DNA of 64,000 nucleotides from contig JANPCG010000015.1 of the NCBI GenBank assembly GCA_031430855.1, forward strand, positions 641 through 64,640. Direction: 5' to 3'. The DNA comes from Candidatus Kaiserbacteria bacterium (GTDB lineage: Bacteria; Patescibacteriota; Minisyncoccia; Phycocordibacterales; UBA918). Every line of letters begins with the position of its first letter. Position 1 is the first letter of the stretch. The notes below the pieces were generated by a model that was not told where the DNA came from, searched no databases, and was given only the letters and a program-made list of their open reading frames with translations. Shown in pieces: positions 19,724-29,350 of this stretch. Both the position numbers and the translations under genes were made by a program.

Positions 19724-21841
19724 TCACGCAGTCTTCAGACCTTTCCGTTCTGCAAAATCTTGATCTATCCGTTTAATGGAAAGTCCAATTTTTCCTTCGT
19801 CATTTTTTATAACAACTACCGTCAGCGCCTCTCCTTCTGTGAGAACACCATCCAGAGTCTCAAGTCGAAACGGAGCGACTTCAGAAATATGAATTAATCC
19901 TTCGTGATGTTTATCAAGTTGGGCAAACGCTCCAAAGGGTGTGATGCGTGTAACGGTAGCACATACAACCTCTCCTACTTGATATTGTTTGGTAAGCGCA
20001 GCAATTTCCTCAGCCGCTTTCTGGGCATTTTGTTTGGTGCCGGTAATATAAACCGCTCCAGAATCTTCAATCGTAATTTCAGTAACCCCGCTCTCTTGTT
20101 TTATCTTATTAATTGTTTTTCCACCACTTCCGATAACGAGACCAATCTGCTCGCGAGTAATAGTAAGCGTAATAATTTCTGGAGCTCGGGCTGAAATATT
20201 TGGGCGCGGACAATCGATAGCTTCTTTCATAACAGCGAGGATATGGAGTCGAGCGAGGCGAGTTTTGAAGAGGGCTTCGTTTAGTATCAATAATGTGACC
20301 CCGTGTACTTTGACGTCCATTTGGATGGCCGTTATTCCAACCGAGGTGCCGGCTACCTTAAAGTCCATATCTCCATATTCATCTTCTGGTCCTTGTATAT
20401 CCGTCAGAACAGCGTACTCCTCTCCTCGAATCATTACCCCCGAAGCAATACCAGCAACGGGACGAGTAATCGGAACTCCTCCATCCATGAGAGCGAGTGT
20501 GCTTGCGCACACTGCGCCCATGGAGCTCGAACCGTTACTGGAGAGAGTTTCTGATACGACTCGGATGGTGTATGGAAACTGAGTTTCAGGGGGAATTACC
20601 GGCAGAAGCGCTTTTTCAGCGAGCGCTCCATGTCCAATCATGCGGCGATTAAACCCACCTACTCTCCCCGTTTCCCCGACTGAATAAGGGGGAAAGTTGT
20701 AGTGGTGAATAAATCGTTTCGTGCCACTCTGTTCTTCGATGGTATCAATTGTTTGGGCCGACTCTTTACCGCCGAGTGTGAGTACTGCCACCATGTGCGT
20801 TTCACCCCGATAAAACGTACCACTCCCGTGAAGTACAGGACTAATTCCTCCAACACCAGCATACAGTGGACGTACTTCATCGAAGGTTCGACCGTCAGCT
20901 CGTTCATGCCGATCGAGGGCACCGCGGTGGATTTCTTCATTTACCTGTTCGTCAAAAAGTTCACCCGCGCCCTCAGGAGAAATGTTTGCTTCAGTAAGTG
21001 TTTGGAGCCACTCTTTCTTGAGGGCAGAGATATGACTTTTCCCCGTCTGCTTTGAAAATAGCGTGGCACAGAGAGTGGATGAGAAGGAACTCTTAAACAA
21101 CGCTAGTAATTGGGGGTCTGTCGGTCGCGTTTCTATGTGTCGTTTGGGCTTTCCAATTTTTTTGATGATTTCGCACTGAAAGTCTTCCAGGCGTGCGTGT
21201 AAAACACTTGCCGCTTCGAGAACAGCAGCAATGTCTTCTTCTGTCACCTCTTTCGCTGCTGCCTCAATCATAGTGATGAGTCCATGTTTGCCGCAGGCCA
21301 GTACTTCAAAAGCATGTTCTCCCGTCTCTTGCTTCGCATGACCGGGATTGATGACAATTGCTCCTGAGTCGCTACTTTGGGCAATTCTGACAGCCGCCAC
21401 AGGACCGTTAAACGGAATATCAGAAATACCTAATGCGAGCGAGGCGCCGATGATTCCTAAAACATCTGGATTGTCTTCTCCCACTGCGAGAACGGTCGCT
21501 ACAATCTGGATATCATGACGGAGAGTGTGGTCAAAGAGCGGGCGAATTGTTCTATCTATCATCCGTGCTGAGAGGATAGCTTGGTCACTTGGTTTACCTT
21601 CACGGCGCATGAAACGACTACCAAGGATGGCACCCGCCGCGTAGAACTTCTCTTCGAACTCTACAGACAGGGGTAGGTAGGGTAGGGACTGATTTGCGCG
21701 GTCACTCATAACGGCAGTAACTAATACAACCGTCTCTCCATATCTCAGTGTAATCGATCCATTTGCTTGAATTGCCCAGTCGTTCCACTCTGCAGTTAGG
21801 ATTTTTCCACCGAGGTCGAGACTAAATGTTTGAGTCGTCAT
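19724..21841 (-). CDS. pnp: Polyribonucleotide nucleotidyltransferase (PNPase)
   Basis: 705 aa with two RNase PH domains, KH and S1 domains; typical N-terminus. Confidence 0.95.
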   Translation of the reverse strand: MTTQTFSLDLGGKILTAEWNDWAIQANGSITLRYGETVVLVTAVMSDRANQSLPYLPLSVEFEEKFYAAGAILGSRFMRREGKPSDQAILSARMIDRTIRPLFDHTLRHDIQIVATVLAVGEDNPDVLGIIGASLALGISDIPFNGPVAAVRIAQSSDSGAIVINPGHAKQETGEHAFEVLACGKHGLITMIEAAAKEVTEEDIAAVLEAASVLHARLEDFQCEIIKKIGKPKRHIETRPTDPQLLALFKSSFSSTLCATLFSKQTGKSHISALKKEWLQTLTEANISPEGAGELFDEQVNEEIHRGALDRHERADGRTFDEVRPLYAGVGGISPVLHGSGTFYRGETHMVAVLTLGGKESAQTIDTIEEQSGTKRFIHHYNFPPYSVGETGRVGGFNRRMIGHGALAEKALLPVIPPETQFPYTIRVVSETLSSNGSSSMGAVCASTLALMDGGVPITRPVAGIASGVMIRGEEYAVLTDIQGPEDEYGDMDFKVAGTSVGITAIQMDVKVHGVTLLILNEALFKTRLARLHILAVMKEAIDCPRPNISARAPEIITLTITREQIGLVIGSGGKTINKIKQESGVTEITIEDSGAVYITGTKQNAQKAAEEIAALTKQYQVGEVVCATVTRITPFGAFAQLDKHHEGLIHISEVAPFRLETLDGVLTEGEALTVVVIKNDEGKIGLSIKRIDQDFAERKGLKTA

Positions 21842-21944
21842 AGTGTGTGTATGTTATGAAGTGGTGAATTGAGCAGTGCGTTGATTGCGTTGTATACCCG
21901 TCATGTGTATATTTTGCTCTTGAATAAATACGCCTGAGTATAAC

Positions 21945-21988
21945 AAAAACACCCCTCCGACGCATGTTGCGTCGGAGGGGTGTTTTAT
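21945..21988. terminator. Bidirectional rho-independent terminator hairpin between pnp and the NYN gene
   Basis: AAAAACACCCCTCCGACGC-atgt-TGCGTCGGAGGGGTGTTTT. Confidence 0.7.
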
Positions 21989-21997
21989 TAATTCTCA

Positions 21998-22591
21998 TTA
22001 GAGATTATCGGTATCGGTACCGACAACTTTCTTAAGAGTTTTTCGGAGCGCGTTGGTGTTGTTATTCCGCTTGTGGCCGCCACCTTTATACCCGATCAAA
22101 AATTCGTGCGGGTTTTCATCCATGTCGATGAAGTCATCAACGGTCTCACGTAACTTGCCTGAAGCTGATCGTCCAAAGGTTATGACTTCAACCTGACAGC
22201 CCTGACTTTTAACATACTCTGCGAGTGGAATAAAATCTCCGTCCCCTGTTGCTAATACAATTGCGTCAACTTTGTGGGCGAGCTTAATTGCGTCAACCGC
22301 CATCCCGACATCCCAGTCAGCTTTTTTTGCGCCACCGTAAAAAATCTGTAGGTCCTTCGTTTTGATTTCAATACCAATCTTTTCAAGTGCTCCAAAAAAA
22401 GCGTTCTCTTCCCCGCTTTCAGTATTTACGACGTATGAGAGGGCGCGAATTAATTTTCGATTTCCGAGTGCGGCATGAACAACTGCTCCAAAATTCACTT
22501 TTGACTTGTAGAGATTTTTTGCGCTGTGATATAGATTTTGTGTGTCGATTAAAATGGCCACTCGTTGTTCGTCGTGTCTGATGACTCCCAT
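21998..22591 (-). CDS. NYN-domain (LabA-like) protein
   Basis: N-terminal RVAILIDTQNLYHSAK motif typical of NYN/LabA. Confidence 0.7.
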   Translation of the reverse strand: MGVIRHDEQRVAILIDTQNLYHSAKNLYKSKVNFGAVVHAALGNRKLIRALSYVVNTESGEENAFFGALEKIGIEIKTKDLQIFYGGAKKADWDVGMAVDAIKLAHKVDAIVLATGDGDFIPLAEYVKSQGCQVEVITFGRSASGKLRETVDDFIDMDENPHEFLIGYKGGGHKRNNNTNALRKTLKKVVGTDTDNL

Positions 22592-22663
22592 ATAAAAATT
22601 ATTAGTGTTCTATTATTAAAAATGTTCCCTTAACTCACCTCGTTTTACTATACGCCAAAAAAT

Positions 22664-22694
22664 AAAAAAGCTCCAGGGTAGTGGAGCTTTTTTA
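22664..22694. terminator. Rho-independent terminator downstream of rpsO
   Basis: AAAAAAGCTCCA-gggtag-TGGAGCTTTTTT. Confidence 0.7.
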
Positions 22695-22695
22695 T

Positions 22696-22962
22696 TTAGC
22701 GCTTGAGTCCAAGCTTCTTGATAAGAGCTTCGTAGGCTGTTGCGCTCTTTCGTTCAAGATATTTCAGGTGAGCTCGACGGTCGGCAACAAGTTGCAAGAG
22801 ACCGCGGCGTGAGTGAAAATCTTTTTTGTGTTTACGCAGGTGCGTAGAGAGGTCCTCAATCTGACGAGTGAGTAATGATACCTGAGCTTCTGGAGAACCA
22901 GTGTCGGTGTCATGACGTTTTGTTGTCTTGAGAACATTTTCTTTTACTCGTTTTGTTAACAT
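22696..22962 (-). CDS. rpsO: 30S ribosomal protein S15
   Basis: 88 aa with the characteristic S15 sequence (TGSPEAQVSLLTRQI...HSRRGLL). Confidence 0.95.
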   Translation of the reverse strand: MLTKRVKENVLKTTKRHDTDTGSPEAQVSLLTRQIEDLSTHLRKHKKDFHSRRGLLQLVADRRAHLKYLERKSATAYEALIKKLGLKR

Positions 22963-23216
22963 AAATATAAATATTGTGGTGATAAAGATATATTAGATAC
23001 CTGTAGAGTTACAGACTATACCGCTACCTCCATTTAATAACCTGCGAAGGTGACTTATATTATAGCATATCCTTCAAAAAATGCAAGTATACACCCTATC
23101 ATTCTGGCTTTGTCAAAAAAGTGAGTCGGTAGGTATGCATACGCGAAGATTGGTTAATCATAAAAAGAAACCGACCCCAGGGGGGTCGGCGACAGTGAGT
23201 CGAGGTGGTGACCATG

Positions 23217-23534
23217 TTAGCGATATTGCGCTTTGATGATGTTTTGGTATTCATCATAGCTCGAGAAAGGAATTGGCTGATTTCCTATTCCCGTAATCAT
23301 GCCTGACAGTGAGTGTCGGACGTTGTGCGTACGCCACGCTTCCTTGCATCGGTGGTCACAAAAGTAGAGACCACCGAGTACTGCGTCAGCGATATAGGCA
23401 TGTGAACCGTCCCCTTTGATGGAGATGTTGGTTTCGCAGTGGCGACATTGTGTGTGCATGACAATCCCCGGTTGATAATCCTGCACTAAGATGTCATAGC
23501 TCGCACAATGAGTCAAGCGAGTATGTGTCCGCAT
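23217..23534 (-). CDS. Small Cys/His-rich hypothetical protein, candidate toxin partner of the upstream HTH-Panacea gene
   Basis: 105 aa with CRHC...CDHRC, consistent with a zinc ribbon. Start is 4 nt after the upstream stop. Terminator hairpin follows at 23162-23189. Confidence 0.45.
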   Translation of the reverse strand: MRTHTRLTHCASYDILVQDYQPGIVMHTQCRHCETNISIKGDGSHAYIADAVLGGLYFCDHRCKEAWRTHNVRHSLSGMITGIGNQPIPFSSYDEYQNIIKAQYR

Positions 23535-23537
23535 TAT

Positions 23538-24236
23538 TTAAAAGATCATGTGGGATGCTTCGTCGCGAATCGAAGCGTAGGAAATAATTTCATTTGGAAT
23601 TGCAGTTTGAAAAGGGTTTTGTTCTACGGTAAATTTTACAATTTCTGCGGTAGAGGCTCCGGCCCAAGCAAGCCAAATTTTTTCTATGTGTTTCAATTCT
23701 TTAGCACTCAAAAGAGAGAGAGATTTTTTGTTCGAGCCTCTCGTTTCTTCAATCTCGTACATATGATAATCATCACGATAGATTTGTTTGATGGTGATAG
23801 TTCCGTTTTGCTCCAAGTCATCAAGGAGGCGAAAGTACACATCCGCGACCGGTCCAAATTCACCGCGTCGGTACTGTATGCCACTCATGCTTTTGTTCGT
23901 CAGGTAGTACCATGAAAAATCCGCGATATATAATAATTTTGCCAACTTGGTTTTTTTAATTGACTGTTTGGATTTTTTAGCTTCTCGCAAATATGCGAGG
24001 AGCATTTGTTGATACCGAGCTATGTTTGGCGCCTCAGTTTCAAGTAGGGCGTCAAGCGTAATCCCGAATAATTTTGTCAGGCTGGACGCCTCGGCCAAAG
24101 TAAGTTCTTTGGTTCCCTTTTCAACTGCGACATAGGAAGCGCGGGACATGTTGGTATGTTTCGCTACCTGGACTTGCGCGAGGTTTCGTTCATCTCGAAG
24201 AAATTTAATCAGGTGTGCATATGAAGTTTTTTTCAT
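23538..24236 (-). CDS. HTH-XRE DNA-binding domain fused to a Panacea/DUF4065-like domain; putative antitoxin or regulator
   Basis: N-terminal XRE HTH (LAQVQVAKHTNMSRASYVAVEKG). C-terminal KLAKLLYIADF...GEFGPVADVY resembles the Panacea core; this is from memory and not searched. Confidence 0.5.
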   Translation of the reverse strand: MKKTSYAHLIKFLRDERNLAQVQVAKHTNMSRASYVAVEKGTKELTLAEASSLTKLFGITLDALLETEAPNIARYQQMLLAYLREAKKSKQSIKKTKLAKLLYIADFSWYYLTNKSMSGIQYRRGEFGPVADVYFRLLDDLEQNGTITIKQIYRDDYHMYEIEETRGSNKKSLSLLSAKELKHIEKIWLAWAGASTAEIVKFTVEQNPFQTAIPNEIISYASIRDEASHMIF

Positions 24237-24321
24237 AGAAATACAGAGGAAGTTACTTCCATAGTGTACCGTAACAAAGAAGAATATGTGTCAATTTTAT
24301 TAACACCATGTGTCACTTTTG

Positions 24322-26739
24322 TTACCTCTTTATATCACTTAGTCCGAGTGTAATTACGTCCCCGCTTTTGATAGTTCCTGAAATAATACGTGAAGCGATA
24401 GCATCTTCAATCGTGTCTTGAATCACCCGTCCCATAGCGCGAGCACCAAATTGTTCATCATAACCCGCTTCTGATATATGAGAAATTAGTTCCGGTTCAA
24501 TTTCCAAGGTGTAGCCTTCCTTGGCTACACGTGCAGTGAGGTCACGGAGTAAGAGAGCGGCAATTTTTTCTTGTTCAGGGCGTGTGAGCGATTCAAAAAT
24601 TATTGTGTTATCAAACCGATTAATTAATTCCGGTCTAAAAATTCCGGCTTTAATAATTCCGGCAATAATTTCAATCTCGAGAGCTGGTGCTGCTCCTCGA
24701 TTATTTTTGGTTCGGGCAATCAGATCACTTCCTGCGTTACTGGTAGCAATCAGTATTGTGTTGCGTACATTAACGCGCTCTCCTCGGTGGCTGGTGAAAA
24801 AACCCTCGTCAAGAATTTGGAGAAACAAGTCATGAACCATCTGATGTGCTTTTTCAAACTCATCAAACAGAACAACGGCATACGGATGTTCATGAAACGC
24901 ATCAGTCAGTACCCCGCTGTTTTGGTCGTCACCAATCAGATGTGCGAGAGCTGTTTCATTGCTATATTCAGACATGTCAAATCGAACAAGGGCCGTCTCA
25001 TCACCAAAAAATACATACGCAAGCGCTTTCGCTGTTTCTGTCTTTCCAACACCCGTTGGTCCGAGAAAGAGAAATGAACCAATTGGTTTATCTGCTCGTT
25101 CAATCGAGACGCGAGCGCGGCGCATGGTTTTTGCTAACGCCGTAATGGCTGCACCTTGTCCAACGATGCGGGTGTGTAACACGTCTTCAAGGTGGAGTAA
25201 CTGATCACGTTCGGTGTCAGTGACAGGGCCGGTTGGGATTCCCGTCTTGTCCCCCAAGAGCTGGCCCACATACGTTTCAGTAATAGTTTTTGTGTTGCTT
25301 CGTGCTCCTATTTCTGCTACCTCTGATAAAAATTGAATTGCACGTTCAGGCATGTCGCCTACGGTAAGGTACCGCTCAGAGCCGCTCGCGATTTTTGCTA
25401 TTGCTGCGTAGGTAAATCGAATACCATAGTAGGCTTCCTTTTTAATCACCAATGGTTCAAGGATAGTGATGGTTTCCTCGACACTGGCTGGTTCAATCAA
25501 GATTTCTTCGAATCTTCTAATAAAGAGCGCATTATTTTCCAAGTGTTGGTGATAAGTGTCAGGCGAGTCGGTCGCCAAAAGGTGAAGTGTCGGAAGGGTC
25601 AAATAAGAATCCAATAAGGTGGTCATATCTACTCCTCGGGCTTTGGTTGCTAAGAGGACCTGGCTCAGGTTAGGAATAATAATTGCATGGTTCCCCGCTC
25701 GTGCAGCCCCACTGAGTATCCGATGGAGCATTAATTCAAATTGGGTGGCTTCGGGGAGTTTTGCCATTAGTCGTTCAATATCAAGAACACTAAAATGGAG
25801 TGACCGAAGCGCATTTAATCCACCACCTCGCGTTATTTTTTTAGCAGCGTGCGCAATAATTCCTAAAGTACCTACCCCTGGGTTGCCAATAAGGAGTACG
25901 TTGGCTGCTCGACTGCGGGCCAAAGCAACTTCAATTTTTTCAATAGCAGCTTTTTGTTCAGTTGAGGTACCTCCCGTTTCAGTGTCCGCAGGTAACCGAG
26001 AAAGTGGCTTTGAAAATTCTTGTAGTTCGTATGGAATACCCTCGGATAACGCACTACCAAGTGCGCCGAGTCGTGACAGCTGATCTCTTCCCCACCAGCG
26101 CTGCTTTCGTACACTATGTTCGTGTGTCTTGGTAACAAAGCGGGTCGTGGCGAGAAACATTGTTTCATCGCAGCCAGCCTGGGTGCATACTGTGCGAAAA
26201 CCAGAATCATATATATATATGTATGTTGCAATATCTACAACGGTAGTCATTCGCTCGGACTGCAGTGGGACTTCGGTAGCCGCTAATTTCATACGGGCAG
26301 CAGTGAGGTAGGCACTGATTGCTTCGGGAGTAATTTCGCAACGCTCAATTATTTCTTTACCCATAGCGGTTCCCCAAAAACCACTCACGATATCACTTTT
26401 ATTCGAGAGGAGAATCAAGGCCGCTCTGTAGGTTAGTCCGGTGTAGATTTTATTAGCGCTGTTTCTAATTGAATCAAATCCGCGAAAATAAAAACTATTA
26501 TGGTAACAATATAAAAGAACCTGCTCTAGCCAGAGCCCAAAAAACAATAATGAAATTCCAAACCAGAGCGGGAGCGGTAGTGCTAATGAAAATATAAACG
26601 TTGCTAAAAATGTCGTGATAGAAATTAAAAATACACAGAAAAATACGATGCGGAGTCTCTGCATCACGCTACGGGGGAGAATACGACTGAGTCTGATAAT
26701 GGGTTCGAAGCTCTGCAATTCTGAGTTAATAGTTTTCAT
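24322..26739 (-). CDS. Membrane-anchored Clp/Hsp100-family AAA+ ATPase. NBD1 has lost both its Walker A lysine and its Walker B acidic pair; NBD2 is intact.
   Basis: Likely ATG at 26739 with an ATGA overlap on the upstream gene. Two N-terminal TM helices. NBD1 reads GNPGVGTLGIIAHAA (no Lys) and its Walker B reads IIIPNLS. NBD2 has GPTGVGKTETAKALA and VVLFDEFEKAH. Confidence 0.75.
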   Translation of the reverse strand: MKTINSELQSFEPIIRLSRILPRSVMQRLRIVFFCVFLISITTFLATFIFSLALPLPLWFGISLLFFGLWLEQVLLYCYHNSFYFRGFDSIRNSANKIYTGLTYRAALILLSNKSDIVSGFWGTAMGKEIIERCEITPEAISAYLTAARMKLAATEVPLQSERMTTVVDIATYIYIYDSGFRTVCTQAGCDETMFLATTRFVTKTHEHSVRKQRWWGRDQLSRLGALGSALSEGIPYELQEFSKPLSRLPADTETGGTSTEQKAAIEKIEVALARSRAANVLLIGNPGVGTLGIIAHAAKKITRGGGLNALRSLHFSVLDIERLMAKLPEATQFELMLHRILSGAARAGNHAIIIPNLSQVLLATKARGVDMTTLLDSYLTLPTLHLLATDSPDTYHQHLENNALFIRRFEEILIEPASVEETITILEPLVIKKEAYYGIRFTYAAIAKIASGSERYLTVGDMPERAIQFLSEVAEIGARSNTKTITETYVGQLLGDKTGIPTGPVTDTERDQLLHLEDVLHTRIVGQGAAITALAKTMRRARVSIERADKPIGSFLFLGPTGVGKTETAKALAYVFFGDETALVRFDMSEYSNETALAHLIGDDQNSGVLTDAFHEHPYAVVLFDEFEKAHQMVHDLFLQILDEGFFTSHRGERVNVRNTILIATSNAGSDLIARTKNNRGAAPALEIEIIAGIIKAGIFRPELINRFDNTIIFESLTRPEQEKIAALLLRDLTARVAKEGYTLEIEPELISHISEAGYDEQFGARAMGRVIQDTIEDAIASRIISGTIKSGDVITLGLSDIKR

Positions 26740-27134
26740 AGTAGTGATGTAATGCAGATATATCCACCACTCACGAGAGCACCAAAAGACACAATCGGAG
26801 CAATCAGCCAAAAAGCATACCCAGTGAGACTTACAAACGTAAGTAGAGATAGGGTTGTGACACCACAGAGTAAAAGGCTGGCTCGAATACATGCGCCAAG
26901 AATACGAGAGAGTGTATTGATAATAAACGCGCTTGACCAGGCAGCAATATCAAATATACGACTCGGCGGTTCGGTGATTCGGCGAAAGGGAGAAAAAAGA
27001 GTCCTGACTAATGTCGACATAGAGAAAAACTCCGTCACGAACCAGGCGAGGTTTCGATAAATCCGCACGTACAGTACTAACGCGTACCCATAGTGCCACA
27101 ACAGATAATGTTGAAGAACACTTACGAAGAACAT
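26736..27134 (-). CDS. Small polytopic membrane protein, translationally coupled to the Clp-like ATPase
   Basis: 132 aa with four hydrophobic helices. Its stop overlaps the downstream ATG (ATGA). Confidence 0.5.
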   Translation of the reverse strand: MFFVSVLQHYLLWHYGYALVLYVRIYRNLAWFVTEFFSMSTLVRTLFSPFRRITEPPSRIFDIAAWSSAFIINTLSRILGACIRASLLLCGVTTLSLLTFVSLTGYAFWLIAPIVSFGALVSGGYICITSLL

Positions 27135-27249
27135 AATGTGTGGTATTAGTATACCGCATCAACATGCCAGAAATTATAGTTTCGTGGATACATATATACA
27201 AAAACAACCTGCGGCTTGCCGCAGGTTGTTTTTGTTCTACGTGAGTAGA

Positions 27250-27450
27250 TTATGCACGACGTACGTTAGTAGCCGCTGGTCCTTTTGGACCGTCTTCGAG
27301 ATCAAAAGTGATTTTGTCACCTTCGTTAAGCTCATCGTAGATGTTATCAACTACTGATTGTGCGTGGAAGAAAACATCCTTTCCGCCATCATCTGGAGTG
27401 ATGAAGCCGTATCCGTTATCTTTCTTCATTCGTGCGATTGTTCCTGTCAT
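27250..27450 (-). CDS. cspA: Cold-shock protein CspA family
   Basis: GTIARMKKDNGYGFI and VFFHAQS RNP motifs. Confidence 0.9.
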   Translation of the reverse strand: MTGTIARMKKDNGYGFITPDDGGKDVFFHAQSVVDNIYDELNEGDKITFDLEDGPKGPAATNVRRA

Positions 27451-27588
27451 TTTGTTTGGTTTATTTTATTAACACAAAACTTCACTACGCCTGACCACTC
27501 GTTACCTTGCTTTGAGGGAGTTATTGTTTCGCTAGTAGTATTAAAGCACATTCATAAAAAAGCACAAGCAAATTCCCCGCTCAAGCGA

Positions 27589-27855
27589 CTAAAGTTTTTC
27601 TATCTCCTTTAAATCATGGTCTGGCAAATACAGAATCAAAAAACCCATCACAATACAGATTACCCCAATTAACCAGTTCGTAGCGTCGCCGAAGAACATA
27701 ATACTCACGGTGTCGATTAAGGCCCAAATACCACGCCAAATCAGTACAATCCCAACAATTATCCCAAAATTCTTTACAAAATAACGTAACGTATGATGAG
27801 CGTGTGAATGGGATAGATTCATATATAAGCAGCGTACCATAAAAATACCATTCAA
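27589..27855 (-). CDS. Small membrane protein, hypothetical
   Basis: 88 aa ORF with two hydrophobic helices. Confidence 0.3.
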   Translation of the reverse strand: MNGIFMVRCLYMNLSHSHAHHTLRYFVKNFGIIVGIVLIWRGIWALIDTVSIMFFGDATNWLIGVICIVMGFLILYLPDHDLKEIEKL

Positions 27856-27901
27856 TCTGATGATTCTTCAACACCTGTACCCTACATGCTAGTATAAAGG
27901 A

Positions 27902-28699
27902 ATGAAAATTTACTCCTGGAACGTTAACGGTATCCGAGCGGTTCACAAAAAGGGTGATTTACAACGTTTCTTGAATACCCATGCACCTGACATTCTTTGC
28001 CTTCAGGAAACCAAAGCACATCGTGAACAGACCGACATCGATATGGGGGAGTATGAGGAATATTGGTGTTCAGCAGATAAAAAGGGCTATTCTGGGACGG
28101 CAATTTTCACTAAAATAAGCCCAGAAGAGGTGTTCTACGGTTTACCGGAGCATATTATGACAAAATATGCCTTGCTAGATGGTTATGGTGACACTACTAA
28201 AGAAGGTCGTGTAACCACCCTAGAATTTGAAAACTTCTTTGTTTCAACCGTATATACCCCGAATGCCAAGGATGATCTGTCTCGAATTCCCATGCGTCAG
28301 GCCTGGGACCCAGCCTACCTTGAATACATGCAGGAACTTGAGACGGTGAAACCGGTGATTTTTTGTGGTGATTTTAACGTGGCACACACAGAAATCGATT
28401 TAGCGCGTCCTAAGGAAAATAGTGGTAAGAAAGGTTTTACCGCAGAAGAAAGATTAGGTTTTGATGCCATGATACAGGCGGGGTTTGTTGATACACTCCG
28501 ACATCTTTATCCCACTGAGTCAGGTCTCTACACCTGGTGGTCACATTTCGGGGGAGCGCGTGAACGTAATGTTGGCTGGCGGATTGATTACGTTATGACA
28601 TCAGAAAGTCTTGTCCCGTTAGTCACCCACGCCCGGATTCATCCTGAGGTATTTGGGTCAGATCATTGCCCAGTTTCTATTGAAATATTGTTGGGTTAA
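27902..28699 (+). CDS. xthA: Exodeoxyribonuclease III (AP endonuclease)
   Basis: MKIYSWNVNGIRA N-terminus; EEP-fold motifs; 265 aa. Confidence 0.9.
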   Translation: MKIYSWNVNGIRAVHKKGDLQRFLNTHAPDILCLQETKAHREQTDIDMGEYEEYWCSADKKGYSGTAIFTKISPEEVFYGLPEHIMTKYALLDGYGDTTKEGRVTTLEFENFFVSTVYTPNAKDDLSRIPMRQAWDPAYLEYMQELETVKPVIFCGDFNVAHTEIDLARPKENSGKKGFTAEERLGFDAMIQAGFVDTLRHLYPTESGLYTWWSHFGGARERNVGWRIDYVMTSESLVPLVTHARIHPEVFGSDHCPVSIEILLG

Positions 28700-28899
28700 T
28701 AAGTGAACCAAGGAGGTATTTTGAGAAGTAAATTTAATTAAAAAAGTAAGGTTTGGGATTTTCAATAAGCACACGATTCATAAAAATGTCAACTCACACG
28801 AAAGGGTGGCAAATATATGGCTATAAATATGGATAATTTTACCTTATAAAAATATTCAAAGCAGCTGTCTTTTATAAAAGACATTCGTAAATGAGTTAT

Positions 28900-29350
28900 T
28901 CACAGTTATCCACTATGATGTCCTTTACACACATCTCTATAGGACATACTATAGTTGTAGGCCCAGAGAGGGCGCGCAGGTAGCTCCCAGAGTTCCGCAC
29001 TAAAGTTTCTTTAGTTCAGAACCCTGGGGGAAACCCCGTAAAGAGTACATTCAAAATTAAAAGTTTTTACCTCCAAAAACTCTAACGTTCACAGAACAAA
29101 GAACCCACTAGAAGAAAGGATCGAAGTGAAATCTTCTTACAAGATTAACCAAGGTGCAGAGACGAACCAGACCTTCGTAGATATTTGCAAGCAAAATCGA
29201 TTTCAACAAAAAACATATGAGCAATAAACTAGGGACCGCTCCACCATAACGGAGCCCCACATTGAGACTACGTCTCACCAAAGAGTAACGCTCAGACGTA
29301 AAAGCCCGTAGGGATTAGCAGCCAATCATATCGATTAGCTCCTGATTCCT
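28900..29350 (+). ncRNA. Candidate structured ncRNA in a 0.9 kb gene-free gap (possibly a reduced RNase P RNA). It ends with a long imperfect hairpin plus a U-tract.
   Basis: GC-rich segment GGGCGCGCAGGTAGCTCCCAGAG...GGGGGAAACCCCGTAAAGAGTACA...ACAGAAC with weak similarity to RNase P conserved regions. Hairpin AAAAGCCCGTAGGG...CCTACGGGCTTTT followed by TTTTCTATTTTC. Confidence 0.2.

Noticed and set aside
28960-29050. Possible 5S rRNA-like segment (CAGAGTTCCGCAC...GTTCAGAACC)
   Set aside because: It does not match the 5S conserved CCGAACTCAGAAGTGAAAC and GAGAGTAGGGAAC blocks. Its length and context are wrong for 5S rRNA.
29225-29260. GGGACCGCTCCACCA resembles a tmRNA or tRNA 3' acceptor end (..GCUCCACCA)
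   Set aside because: No T-arm (GGTTCGAATCC) precedes it, no complementary 5' GGGG acceptor strand lies within range, and no tag ORF ending in ..AA-stop is present. It is probably coincidental.
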